The notes under the pieces: generated by a model | The model's database searches: none | What the model was told of the DNA's origin: nothing | What the model saw: the letters and a program-made list of their open reading frames with translations, nothing else | Assembly (NCBI GenBank): GCA_027366585.1 | Contig: DAHXNF010000040.1 | Coordinates: 5,740-69,739, forward strand | DNA from: Thermoplasmatales archaeon | Lineage (GTDB): Archaea > Thermoplasmatota > Thermoplasmata > Thermoplasmatales > Thermoplasmataceae | DNA: 64,000 nt | Direction of reading: 5' to 3' | Part shown: positions 29,570 to 39,758 of the stretch, in pieces | Numbering within the stretch: position 1 is the stretch's first letter | How the letters are laid out: every line of letters begins with the position of its first letter | Position numbers and translations under genes: made by a program

Positions 29570-30110
29570 AGCTTCCTTCATCGAATTCTTTTCGAAGCAG
29601 GCCATGTTTACCACAAACGATGCAAGAAGATTTCTCATTTGGCTAAGCGCAGGTGAATCTTACATACGACTGATGCTTCACAACCTAGTCAAATCCGGAA
29701 GACTGTACAGAATTGGGAAGGGTGCATACACATTTCACAGAAATGAAGCTGCAATTGGTTTCAGGTTCAGGCCTTTCTATTACGGACTTCAGTATGCACT
29801 TACCATAAGAAAGATCTGGACGCAGCAATCTGTTCCGGTCATCATAACTGCAAGTAAAGCCAATCCTGGTGTCAGGGAGATCATGGGGACCCGGATCATA
29901 GTGCACAGAATGAATGAAGGGACATTTTTTGGTTTTGAGTATGTTAGCTACGGTGGACTTTTCGTTCCCGTCTCAGACGTGGAAAAGACCCTGCTTGATT
30001 TCGATTATTATCATATAAGCCTGGACCGGGAAACTTTGGCAGCATTGAAGAAGAAAGCGAACAAAACAAAAGTTCTGGAATATGAAGCGAGGACAACCAG
30101 ATTTCAATAA
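29559..30110 (+). CDS. AbiEi-like wHTH protein, copy 2
   Basis: 183 aa. RLMLHNLVKSGRLYRIGKGAYTF and PFYYGLQYAL...VPVSDVEKTLLDF. It overlaps the NTase gene by 11 nt. Confidence 0.65.
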   Translation: MKYEASFIEFFSKQAMFTTNDARRFLIWLSAGESYIRLMLHNLVKSGRLYRIGKGAYTFHRNEAAIGFRFRPFYYGLQYALTIRKIWTQQSVPVIITASKANPGVREIMGTRIIVHRMNEGTFFGFEYVSYGGLFVPVSDVEKTLLDFDYYHISLDRETLAALKKKANKTKVLEYEARTTRFQ

Positions 30111-30341
30111 GGAATTATGTCTCGAATTGCGTGAGCAGGTCCACTGTCGGTCTGGAAGCTGAGGGATATTAAAATTCTGTGCATACGATCATCTAATTGA
30201 TGGCGCAAAGGAGGTACTGAAATGAAAAATACAGGATAACAGGTCAAAGAAGTAAGAAAATATCAAGAATCAATGGAGACAGGAGGTATCACTGTTATCT
30301 GTTCAACAGAGCACACTCTTGCTGCTGTGTTGAATAGATAT

Positions 30342-30656
30342 TTAAGCAGAATGTAGCTTCTTGATCTCATCTTCTTCAGGAATTACTTTCCACATCCTGC
30401 AGCTTGCATTATTCTTATCCAGGAAATCCATGATCTTATTCTTTCCATCCCCATATCTTATTGATGGAATCGAGTCAGGGAGACCAGCCCACCCGTAATG
30501 GTATTTGCCATACTTGCTTGATGAATTATATCCATACAGCAGCCTGTATATCCTGGCCTGTTCCTTTCTACTCATGCCCTTCCTTGTGTAGGGTACCCAC
30601 ACAAGCACGAGGATTGCGATCATTGCAGTACTATGCATATTCGTAGTACTGTTCAT
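30342..30656 (-). CDS. hypothetical small protein
   Basis: 104-aa ORF, possibly starting at the internal M at 30623. No family recognised. Lies in the accessory island. Confidence 0.35.
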   Translation of the reverse strand: MNSTTNMHSTAMIAILVLVWVPYTRKGMSRKEQARIYRLLYGYNSSSKYGKYHYGWAGLPDSIPSIRYGDGKNKIMDFLDKNNASCRMWKVIPEEDEIKKLHSA

Positions 30657-30664
30657 AGAGGAAA

Positions 30665-30847
30665 GTGATGGGGAAACCTTTCAAGGATAGAAGGAACTGG
30701 AAAGAATACAACGAGGAGCTGGTGATAAGAGGTACATTCTTCTTCAAGCTTGATTTTGTCAGGCAGTTGGCAAATATACTCTTTGTCAACTCAAAGAGAT
30801 ATATGGTTTTAAAGTTAGGAAGGTTGTGCAGATTATGGCACAGATGA
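30665..30847 (+). pseudogene. IS5-family (IS903-group-like) transposase N-terminal fragment
   Basis: GKPFKDRRNWKEYNEELVIRGTFFFKLDF matches the RNW..YN..L..RG....w.d N-terminus of IS903-like transposases. No DDE domain follows. Confidence 0.5.
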
Positions 30848-30975
30848 AAGTACTGCAACATTGACCAAATGCCAGAGCGCAAGCCCACACCCTTCAAGTT
30901 AGATCAAACTCGTTGTGGTTCAAAATGTTTCGACCAAGATATATATAAATATAACGATATTATTCTGAAAGTGTA

Positions 30976-31599
30976 ATGGGCTTGAAATACCTTTACTTGG
31001 ATGAGAGTGGAGACCTTGGCTTCTCGAGCGGGAGTTCAAAGTTTCTGGTAATTTCAGCTCTTATGGTTGCTGATTACAGAGAGCTAGATAGAATCATAAA
31101 GAATATGAGGAGAAATAAATTTAAAAAAGAACTGAGAAAAGCATCAGAGATAAAGGCTAACAAGTCCTCTCCCGAGTTGAAAAAATACATGATTAAAAAA
31201 TTAAACGAAGTCCCTGAAACATTAGGGTTTCATACTATTCTTAAAAAAGACCGGTTGCAAAGTCGATACTTAAGAGAGAATAAAGACAAGCTGTATAACT
31301 ATATTGCCGGGATTTTGGCCAGAAACATTGTCATAGATCGATTTGACGTAGAGATAAGAGTTGACAAGTCAAAGGGTAAACAAGTACTCCGGGATGATTT
31401 TAATGAATATTTTGTTAATCATCTGCGAGAGGGCTCTACAATAGGTAAAATTGAGATACATCACAGTGGATCTGAATCATTTTCAGGCCTCCAATTCGCA
31501 GACTTACTCGCCTGGAGTATCTACCAGAAATATTCTACGCATAATAATGAATACACTGATTTGTTTACCTTCGAGAATAGCTGTAACATTGTTACCTAA
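30976..31599 (+). CDS. DUF3800 family protein
   Basis: 207 aa. The N-terminal LYLDESGDLGF and the C-terminal SGLQFADLLAWSIY are the two DUF3800 hallmark motifs. Confidence 0.75.
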   Translation: MGLKYLYLDESGDLGFSSGSSKFLVISALMVADYRELDRIIKNMRRNKFKKELRKASEIKANKSSPELKKYMIKKLNEVPETLGFHTILKKDRLQSRYLRENKDKLYNYIAGILARNIVIDRFDVEIRVDKSKGKQVLRDDFNEYFVNHLREGSTIGKIEIHHSGSESFSGLQFADLLAWSIYQKYSTHNNEYTDLFTFENSCNIVT

Positions 31600-32661
31600 T
31601 ATACAGAGACCAAGTTAGATGATTTAAAAAAAATTCAGTACCAATGAGAACTCTTTATCGTGCACCTCAAGGTACACTGTCTCATTGGTTTTACCTGTAC
31701 ACTATAATCAATATAATCTATTTAAGCGTTGTTAATGTAATGGGTGTGAGACACTATTCTAAGACATTCCCATATTGAATAGATTGTGACACACGTTGGT
31801 GTAGAACAGAACATTATCGATCCTTTCATCCCTCTTCTGTGTTATGTTCCATCCGAGCATTTTCTTGTCAGCTGCAAATCCAAATTCTGAACTGCTTATC
31901 TCATGGCACTATTTCAGGTATCCCATGGTATCCTCAACAGACTCCTTGGTTGATTTCCACTCCTGTGAACCATTGAGAGTGGCATTCTTTTTCGGGGTGA
32001 CAATAACCTTGTATTGTCAGGTTTATCTATGTATGATGTGGATGAATAATACCTGCCAAGACGGATAGAAACCATGGTTATTTCAATGGAACTTCAACGT
32101 TCTATTAACTATCCCTCTATATGCACCTTTCTCCACGATCAAACTGCCTTGTTTTTTTCCGGGTCCAGTACGACAATTTATGCACCGCTGTTTCAGGATC
32201 AAAACATTGGATCAGGCGGATCCTCAAATGGGTCAACGCCATCAGTTTTCAAGCAACACTCAGCAGGAACATCGACATAACGAGTGGAAAATCGATAAAC
32301 TTTCCGATCGACCTGGGGTAGTATGGTTGCTTGGTGCCATAACCCATTGCGCTTATTCAAACTTCATTCTGCATGTTTCTTTATGGAATCTTATGGAATA
32401 CACCACAATATAATGACTTTGCAGAACGAGAAGTTCTATTCTGTTGAGTTCACCGCTTTTGCGGATTCCCCGCATGTTGCGATGCATGGCGGAGTCCGGC
32501 GCTTGAATATAGAAAATGTGACATTAACTGGTCAAATCCATGCGTTGGTGCTGACCAGGCCGCCATGATGTATTCATTCCACATCCTGGAGAGGTAAGGT
32601 TTTACGACTATCCGATACAATCAGGGAAGGAAATATCAGCAAATATCCCTTAGGAAAAAGA

Positions 32662-33597
32662 CTACAGAGAAAGCTTCCCGGGAATCTTTGGGAACGGATG
32701 GGTATCCTCTATTCTCTGGAGACCGCAAATGTACCTTGTCAACCTCTCGATCCCAATGCCGAACCCCGCACTCGGGGCAAGGCCCTTGGAGGAATAGGCA
32801 AGTATCCACTTGAACTGCTCCTCCGATTGTCCCTTCCTCTTAATCCTCTCCCTGATTCGTTCTTCAAGGAACTCCCTTTCTCCTCCCGAGAGTCCCTCGC
32901 CAAAACCTTCCGGGTAAATCAGGTCCATGTCCTCAAGTATTCCAGGCTCACTGTCACTTTCCCTGTCATAGAATTCCCTGTTCTCCAGGGGAATGTCTAT
33001 AATCCAGAACGGGTCCTTCATCCTGCCCGAAAGGATCGATTCAAAGTCCTTGCCGTATTCCTTCTCCGCGTCAAGGAACCTGAACTTCTTGAACGGTCTG
33101 GACGGAACATTGAGTTTTCTCCTAAGGAATTTGAGATCCGATGCCCTTTCACTGTTCATATGCTGTGTCAGCCCGACCATGAGATCCTCTACAAGCCCCA
33201 TCATCTCTTCCCTTGAGGCTCCACGCTTTTCAACATCAATCTGCGTGAATTCGGAAAGATGGCGGCCGGTTTTCTCCTTTTCCGGCGTTTCCAGGCGAAT
33301 GTTCGGTGAAAAGGTGAAGATTGAACCAAGCTCCTTCGCAAGGATCTGCTTGTGGAATATCATGCTCTTGGTCAGTCCATATTTCATTCCATAATAGTCG
33401 ATCGATGGATCCAGTACGGGGTGGTTAAGCGGGTCAGTGATCGGAGATATTATGACCGGGGGCACCTCTATGAATCCATGTTTCCTGAAAAATTCGCCAA
33501 GGTATGCCCTTATGTCGCTCTGGACCTCGATCGCTTTCTGCACTCTCTTGTCTTCAAGGTGCTGCTGAAGGCTGTCAACCAGTAAGTTATCGTTCAT
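32662..33597 (-). CDS. class II aaRS-like catalytic core without anticodon-binding domain (archaeal AsnRS-like asparagine synthetase A type)
   Basis: 311 aa. Motif 1-like GFIEVPPVIISP, motif 2-like TGRHLSEFTQIDVE, motif 3-like GFGIGIERLTRYICG. There is no N-terminal OB fold. Confidence 0.75.
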   Translation of the reverse strand: MNDNLLVDSLQQHLEDKRVQKAIEVQSDIRAYLGEFFRKHGFIEVPPVIISPITDPLNHPVLDPSIDYYGMKYGLTKSMIFHKQILAKELGSIFTFSPNIRLETPEKEKTGRHLSEFTQIDVEKRGASREEMMGLVEDLMVGLTQHMNSERASDLKFLRRKLNVPSRPFKKFRFLDAEKEYGKDFESILSGRMKDPFWIIDIPLENREFYDRESDSEPGILEDMDLIYPEGFGEGLSGGEREFLEERIRERIKRKGQSEEQFKWILAYSSKGLAPSAGFGIGIERLTRYICGLQRIEDTHPFPKIPGKLSL

Positions 33598-33728
33598 AAT
33601 CAGGGATTTCAGAATTGGATTTAACTATTGGTCTGATTTATTGAACATTTATGCTATTTATAATCGGAATAGTTCGAGGAAATAAAACATAATGACAAAA
33701 TTTATAGGGTATAACCAGATATTTTGTC

Positions 33729-34163
33729 ATGGATAAGAAAGATCTGAAGATACTTGACTACCTTATGGAAAACGGGAGGGATAAAATCTCCGATATTTCG
33801 AGGGAACTGGATATTCCCAGGGTCACCGTTCATGAGAGGATCCAGGGCATGATCAGGCGCGGAGAAATCCGGAGGTTTACCGTGGTTCCGGACTACGAGG
33901 CAATAGGACTCAAATTCACGGCATTTATCTTTGTCGGGTTTAGCGCAAACCAGAAGGTATCGCAGAGAGAGCTGGCAAGAAAGATTAGCCAGATGAGGGA
34001 AGTTGTTGAGGTGCACATTATCACGGGTTCCTGGGATCTATTGCTGAAGGCAAGGGGAAATACCCTGAAGGAGATTGGGGATCTTGTTCTCGACAAGCTG
34101 AGGGAAATGCAGGGGATCGAGAAGACCGAGACCGTTGCGGTGTTCCAGACAGTCAAGGACTGA
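33729..34163 (+). CDS. Lrp/AsnC family transcriptional regulator
   Basis: 144 aa. The HTH is DKKDLKILDYLMENGRDKISDISRELDIPRVTVHERIQGM, followed by a C-terminal RAM/AsnC_trans_reg domain. Confidence 0.9.
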   Translation: MDKKDLKILDYLMENGRDKISDISRELDIPRVTVHERIQGMIRRGEIRRFTVVPDYEAIGLKFTAFIFVGFSANQKVSQRELARKISQMREVVEVHIITGSWDLLLKARGNTLKEIGDLVLDKLREMQGIEKTETVAVFQTVKD

Positions 34164-34481
34164 GCCTTTCAGGCCGGAATCAGGCGTTCATTTCACCATG
34201 CCTGCAGGATCAATTGATGAATTTGAAATTGCATTTACCACACACATGATTTAGGGAACAGCGGCACCGCAGTGTGTTGTTTTTATTCGCCCCCTGAGTT
34301 CCTTCTTCTAAAGGGATTATTTCGCATTGTTTACCGGAATAGCTGTCTTATCCAATTGAACCGTCCAGGCACAGATTACCCCATGTCAGGTCTTCCTCAT
34401 CGGTGCGCAAAACTGCAAGTACTTTGAAGGGTTTGATTCAATGTCTGTAATACTTAAAATAACCAACCCCGATTGTAGTGC

Positions 34482-35198
34482 ATGATCTATCAACCTCCAC
34501 TCTCATCCGACGGTGGAAGAATCAAATTCTATCGATATTTTCCAGGGATGAGGCCAAGCGTAGGGATTGGCCTTACGAAACCGTTTGTACGCCTTGACCA
34601 CTTCTTCTCCGATTCACCCGACTCGATCACCAGGCTAGCTTCACCCGGCACATCGCTGATCATATACATGATCTCGGGGGATGCCGTTGTCAGCAGGGGT
34701 GACAGAAAACATGATCTTTCCGCTGGTTCTGCAGTCCTGATAAAATCGATGGAAGGTCTTCCCGCCTCGGTAACAACACCAGCAAAGCCCGGCAAGTCTG
34801 AGGGAATACTCATCGAATTTCATGAACATGCACAGGTAACTGCTGAAGACCTAATGTTTGCAGGCCCGGCGGCATTACCTGTCTACGAGTCTGAGGAAAG
34901 CAGGGAACTGAGGATAGCAGGGAAATGGGGAGGAATCGAGACAAACGGTTTCCTGACGGTCTCACTCTTCGAATATCACGCACGCACGACCTTCAGTGCA
35001 GTAAAGCCCGGCCCAAACATCATAATTCTCGTCCTGGACGGATGGATTGCCTCTGGACATGATAACATACTGAAAGATCAGGTCCTTATTCCCGAGGAGG
35101 CCGCAAGCGTAGACTGCCGGAAGGGTTCGCGCCTCCTCGTGCTTTCCGGAGGCGAGGCTGCGGAACCTTCACATCCTACTCGAAGTACGGTGTCCTGA
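34482..35198 (+). CDS. hypothetical protein, weakly pirin/cupin-like
   Basis: 238 aa. The beta-rich pattern [29 protein letters not shown] resembles a cupin barrel, but the His ligands of pirins are not evident. The 3' end overlaps hutU by 23 nt. Confidence 0.4.
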   Translation: MIYQPPLSSDGGRIKFYRYFPGMRPSVGIGLTKPFVRLDHFFSDSPDSITRLASPGTSLIIYMISGDAVVSRGDRKHDLSAGSAVLIKSMEGLPASVTTPAKPGKSEGILIEFHEHAQVTAEDLMFAGPAALPVYESEESRELRIAGKWGGIETNGFLTVSLFEYHARTTFSAVKPGPNIIILVLDGWIASGHDNILKDQVLIPEEAASVDCRKGSRLLVLSGGEAAEPSHPTRSTVS

Positions 35199-36831
35199 AC
35201 CTTACGCCCTTTTTAATGAGTTCCCTGGACTTCTCGTAACCTGCGTCAGCATGCCTGATAACCCCGAGCCCGGGATCTGCGTTCAGGACCCTTCGCATCT
35301 TTTCATCCGTCCTCTCCGTCCCGTCTGCAACGAGAACGAAGCCTGCATGGATCGAGTTGCCGATGCCTGTTCCTCCGCCATGGTGGACCGATACCCAGGA
35401 AGCACCGGATATTGCGTTGAGGAGGGCATTAAGGATGGGCCAGTCGGCTATCGCGTCACTGCCGTCCTTCATGGCCTCTGTTTCCCTGTAGGGAGATGCA
35501 ACAGAACCCGTATCATGGTGGTCCCTGCCGATCGCAACGGGGGCTGCGAGGTCACCGTCTGCCACCATCTCATTGATGATATGCCCGATCTTTTCACGCT
35601 CGCCGTAGCCGGCATAGCAGATTCTCGCCGGCAGACCCTGGAAATGTACATGCTCCCTGGCAAGCTTGAGCCACTTGGACAGGTGCCTGTTTTCCGGAAA
35701 CTCCCGCATCAGGCGATCGTCTATTGCATAAATATCCGCGGGTTCACCGGATAGCGCGACCCACCTGAACGGTCCGGAACCAACGGAAAAGAGGTCACGT
35801 ATGTACGCAGGAACGTAACCCGGTATCTTGAAAGCATCCTTGAAGCCGCCCTCGACTGCTCTCCCCCTCAGGTTGTTCCCGTAATCGAAGGCATGGGAGC
35901 CGGCCTTCATCATGCCGATTATTGCCCCTGTCTCCTTAACTATGGAGGCATAGACTGCTTTCCTGTAACCTTCCGGATCCCTGGACCTGAAAACCTTCGC
36001 CTCTTCCACGGTATAGCCCTCTGGTATGTAACCCACATTGATGTCATGCGCTGCAGTCTGGTCTGATACAATATCGGGCACAATGTGCCTGCTGTTCAGC
36101 GCATCATATACGGCAGCCGCATTTCCCAGCACAGCGATTGACTGGCATTTTCCCTCCCGGATCTGCTCGTCCTTTATCTTCAGCGCCTCATCGATGCTCT
36201 CCACGCTTATGTCAACGTAATGATCCCTGAGCCTCCTCCTGATCTTCTCAGAATCGACCTCAATAACTATGGCTACGGCGTCATTCAGCTTCGCAGCGAG
36301 GGGCTGGGCACCGCCCATCTCTCCGAGGCCTGAAGACAGGAACCATTTTCCGGATAGATTATCAGTATGGAAATCCAGCCTCGCAATGCTGGCAAGTGTC
36401 TCGAATGTTCCCTGAAGGACACCCTGCGTTCCGATGTAGATCCAGCTGCCTGCAGTCATCTGGCCGAACATCGTAAGGCCTTTTCGCTCAAGTTCCCAGA
36501 AAATATCGTCTGTTGCCCACCTCGGAACAATCTGGGCATTTACTATCAGGACACGTGGAACATCCTCTGAAGTGCGAAAAATTCCGACAGGCTTTCCAGA
36601 CTGTATCAGAAGGGTTTCGTCATTCTCGAGCGTCTTGAGTGATGCGACTATCTTGTCAAACGCTTCCCAGTTCCTCGCTGCCTTTCCCCTGCCGCCATAA
36701 ACGATCAGATTCTGCGGATCCATGGCAACTTCCGGATCAAGGTTATTCATGAGGAGCCTGAGCGCAGCTTCCTGTGCCCATCCCCTGGTGTTAAGCCCAG
36801 GTCCTCTCGGAGCATGTATTTCTTTCAGCAT
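35176..36831 (-). CDS. hutU: urocanate hydratase
   Basis: 551 aa. [35 protein letters not shown] and [12 protein letters not shown] match urocanase. Confidence 0.95.
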   Translation of the reverse strand: MLKEIHAPRGPGLNTRGWAQEAALRLLMNNLDPEVAMDPQNLIVYGGRGKAARNWEAFDKIVASLKTLENDETLLIQSGKPVGIFRTSEDVPRVLIVNAQIVPRWATDDIFWELERKGLTMFGQMTAGSWIYIGTQGVLQGTFETLASIARLDFHTDNLSGKWFLSSGLGEMGGAQPLAAKLNDAVAIVIEVDSEKIRRRLRDHYVDISVESIDEALKIKDEQIREGKCQSIAVLGNAAAVYDALNSRHIVPDIVSDQTAAHDINVGYIPEGYTVEEAKVFRSRDPEGYRKAVYASIVKETGAIIGMMKAGSHAFDYGNNLRGRAVEGGFKDAFKIPGYVPAYIRDLFSVGSGPFRWVALSGEPADIYAIDDRLMREFPENRHLSKWLKLAREHVHFQGLPARICYAGYGEREKIGHIINEMVADGDLAAPVAIGRDHHDTGSVASPYRETEAMKDGSDAIADWPILNALLNAISGASWVSVHHGGGTGIGNSIHAGFVLVADGTERTDEKMRRVLNADPGLGVIRHADAGYEKSRELIKKGVRFRTPYFE

Positions 36832-36851
36832 GGATGAAAATGTTAACTTGG

Positions 36852-38201
36852 TTAAATAACCTGATCCATATCCGGTGCACCCAGATTGCTGCGATCAAAG
36901 GTCAGTTCCCGCCTGCTCCCGAAAGATATTATCCTGACAGGGAAGCCGGAGAGCTTCTCAATCAGGCTCACATACTCCCTCAGTTCCCTCGGGAATCCCG
37001 CCATTCCATTCTTCCTGACATCTTCAAGAATCCCGTCGCCAAGTTTTCCCCAGGGCTGGACATCCTTGTATTCGACAGTCACCTTTTCCAGGATCCTGAA
37101 GTCCTTGGGAAAATGCTGAATGGGTTCGCCGTTCAGTGTGTAAGCATAACCCACCTGAATCTTGTCCAGCATTCCAAGGGTATCCAGCTTCGTCAATGCT
37201 ATGAAGTCAGCGTCATTGAGCAGGAGGGAATACCGGAGCGCAGGTATGTCAAGCCATCCGACCCTGCGCGGTCTGCCTGTTGTAGTACCGAACTCGGATC
37301 CGATCTGGCGCAGCACTTCTGCAGCCTTTCCCCTGATCTCTGTCGGGAAGGGACCGTTCCCGACCTTCGAAACATATGCCTTTGCCACGCCCACGACAGT
37401 CTTGACCTTCCTGAAAGAGAAGCCGGTGTCATTGGTCAATGCACCTGCGATGGTATTAGATGATGTAACGAACGGATAGATGCCAAAATCAATGTCGAGC
37501 AATGCGCCATGAGCGCCCTCGAACATCAGGCTCTTTCCTGCATCATACGCAGCCTGGATAGTGACTTCGCTGTCCACAAGGTACTCCTTCAGGAGCTTAC
37601 CGCTTTCGAGCAGCTTGACTGCGAGGTCGTCTATCTTTGATTCATAGAGGTAATCGGATCCTTCGAACAGAGACTGTTTCAGCCTAGATATTAGCCGGAG
37701 CTTCTCCTTCAGGATAGAAAGATCAAGAAGATCCGACATGCGGATCCCGGACCTGCCATACTTATCCTCATACGTGGGTCCTATTCCCTGGGCAGTTGTC
37801 CCGATCCTCAGGTTCTTCCTGACATCTTCCTCAGCAAGATCGAGATGCTTATGCATCTCCGTTACGACGTGTGCGCTCCTGCTGACCTCAATCCTGACAT
37901 CCGGGTTCACCTCCTTAAGCTTCTTGATCTCCTCCACGAGTGCAATTGGATCAATAACCATGCCATTGCTCAGTACAACTGTTCCTGCCCTGAGTGCACC
38001 GGAAGGTACAAGGTGGAACTTTGTCGTACCTTTTTCGGTAACGACTGTGTGCCCGGCATTTCCTCCTCCATTGTATCGAATAACCACATCATGAAAAGCG
38101 GAAAGATGGTCGGTAATCTTCCCCTTTCCCTCGTCACCAAACTGGAGTCCAACAACCACTGTTATATTCTGCACCTTATCATCAGAAGAAATATGCAACA
38201 C
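36852..38201 (-). CDS. purA: adenylosuccinate synthetase
   Basis: 449 aa. [23 protein letters not shown] and [13 protein letters not shown]. Confidence 0.95.
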   Translation of the reverse strand: MLHISSDDKVQNITVVVGLQFGDEGKGKITDHLSAFHDVVIRYNGGGNAGHTVVTEKGTTKFHLVPSGALRAGTVVLSNGMVIDPIALVEEIKKLKEVNPDVRIEVSRSAHVVTEMHKHLDLAEEDVRKNLRIGTTAQGIGPTYEDKYGRSGIRMSDLLDLSILKEKLRLISRLKQSLFEGSDYLYESKIDDLAVKLLESGKLLKEYLVDSEVTIQAAYDAGKSLMFEGAHGALLDIDFGIYPFVTSSNTIAGALTNDTGFSFRKVKTVVGVAKAYVSKVGNGPFPTEIRGKAAEVLRQIGSEFGTTTGRPRRVGWLDIPALRYSLLLNDADFIALTKLDTLGMLDKIQVGYAYTLNGEPIQHFPKDFRILEKVTVEYKDVQPWGKLGDGILEDVRKNGMAGFPRELREYVSLIEKLSGFPVRIISFGSRRELTFDRSNLGAPDMDQVI

Positions 38202-38521
38202 CCCTGCCCTGCCTCAAGTATATTGTTTTTAGCATTAAATTACTTTGCAGCGGCAGCCTGTTCGCGTAAATCCAGGATCTTTGATATTTACCTGGAGATG
38301 GACAGTGCATTCTATATGTGATGGGATCGGAAAGCTACAATCTGTTTGAAGAAAGCAAGTATATGAGATGCATTATGTGCTGATACAACCCGTAGAAGAG
38401 GATATAATTACGTTTTACCGTTCTTCATTGCCGACTATCCATTCCTGAAAATCAACAAAGAATTGACAGGGCCGGAAAAGGGAAAAAGTAATCCGAAAGT
38501 TAAACATTTCATGGGGATAAT

Positions 38522-39733
38522 ATGACATACATTGAGGTCAAGGATGGTTCCAGTCTAAAAGTTCCGGAAAATCCAACAATCGGCTACATAGAGGGAGATG
38601 GCATAGGCTCAGACATTACCAGAACGACAATACAGGTTGTAAATTCCGCACTGGAAGCTGCATACAAGGATAAACGATCAATAGAATGGAAGAAGATACT
38701 TGCCGGTGAGGAGGCGATGGAAGCCACGGGAAAGCACCTTCCGCAGGAATCGCTCGACGAGCTGAAGAAATGTATTGTCTCGATCAAGGGTCCCCTAACT
38801 ACTCCTGTAGGCGAGGGATTCAGGAGCCTTAACGTCACATTGAGGCAGTATTTCGATCTTTATGCAAACATAAGGCCGATTAAGTACTTTCCCGGAATTC
38901 CAACCCCTGTTGTGCACCCGGAAAGAGTCAACATGGTAATCTTCAGGGAAAATACGGAAGACCTTTATTCTGGAATAGAGTGGAGATATGACAGCGAAGA
39001 GGCAAAGAAGCTCAGGAATTATCTCAACACAGAGTTCGGCGTCAAGCTTACAGACGACACCGGGATTGGGATAAAGCCGATCAGCCGTTTCCGCTCATCC
39101 CGCCTTGTAAGGAAGGCGCTCAACTTTGCAATCGATAACTCGAGGAAGAGCGTCACGCTGGTGCACAAGGGCAATATCATGAAATACACCGAAGGCGCGT
39201 TCAAGGACTGGGGTTACCAGGTGGCCGAAAATGAGTTCAGATCCCACATAGTCAGGGAGGAAGACTACCTCAAGAACAAGGAAGAATTCAAGGACAGGAT
39301 CGTTGTGAAAGACAGGATTACAGATAACATGTTCCAGCAGGTCCTGACAAGAACTGAAGAATACGACGTGATCGCAACAACAAACCTCAACGGTGACTAC
39401 CTGTCTGATGACATTGCGGCCCAGGTCGGCGGTATCGGCATCGCACCCGGCGGCAACGTCGGGGATCTGCATGCGATATTCGAGGCTGTACACGGAACAG
39501 CACCAAAATACGCAGGCCTTGATCTTGCGAACCCCACATCACTCCTTCTGTCCGCAGGCATGATGCTTACCTATATCGGGTGGAAGGAAGCATCGAAGAT
39601 ACTTGAGGATGCAATTACGGAGTGCTACAAGGAGAGGAAGGTGACACAGGATATTGCCCGCCTCATTGGCATAAAGGAGTTAAAATGCTCCGAATTCGGG
39701 CAGGAAGTCATAAAGAGAATGGTCCCGGCCTGA
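38522..39733 (+). CDS. icd: isocitrate dehydrogenase (NADP-type)
   Basis: 403 aa. IKGPLTTPVGEGFRSLNVTLRQ, NLNGDYLSDDIAAQVGGIGIAPGGN and HGTAPKYAG. Confidence 0.95.
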   Translation: MTYIEVKDGSSLKVPENPTIGYIEGDGIGSDITRTTIQVVNSALEAAYKDKRSIEWKKILAGEEAMEATGKHLPQESLDELKKCIVSIKGPLTTPVGEGFRSLNVTLRQYFDLYANIRPIKYFPGIPTPVVHPERVNMVIFRENTEDLYSGIEWRYDSEEAKKLRNYLNTEFGVKLTDDTGIGIKPISRFRSSRLVRKALNFAIDNSRKSVTLVHKGNIMKYTEGAFKDWGYQVAENEFRSHIVREEDYLKNKEEFKDRIVVKDRITDNMFQQVLTRTEEYDVIATTNLNGDYLSDDIAAQVGGIGIAPGGNVGDLHAIFEAVHGTAPKYAGLDLANPTSLLLSAGMMLTYIGWKEASKILEDAITECYKERKVTQDIARLIGIKELKCSEFGQEVIKRMVPA

Positions 39734-39758
39734 AGCCTGACTGACCGCGTTCGCGGGG

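Noticed and set aside
30342-30656. The small ORF looked superficially Cas2/VapD-like, with a beta strand, then a basic helix, then Y..LYGY.
   Set aside because: There is no Asp at the end of the first strand (it reads WVPY, not YD.). No cas genes or CRISPR repeats occur anywhere in the window. The resemblance is too weak.
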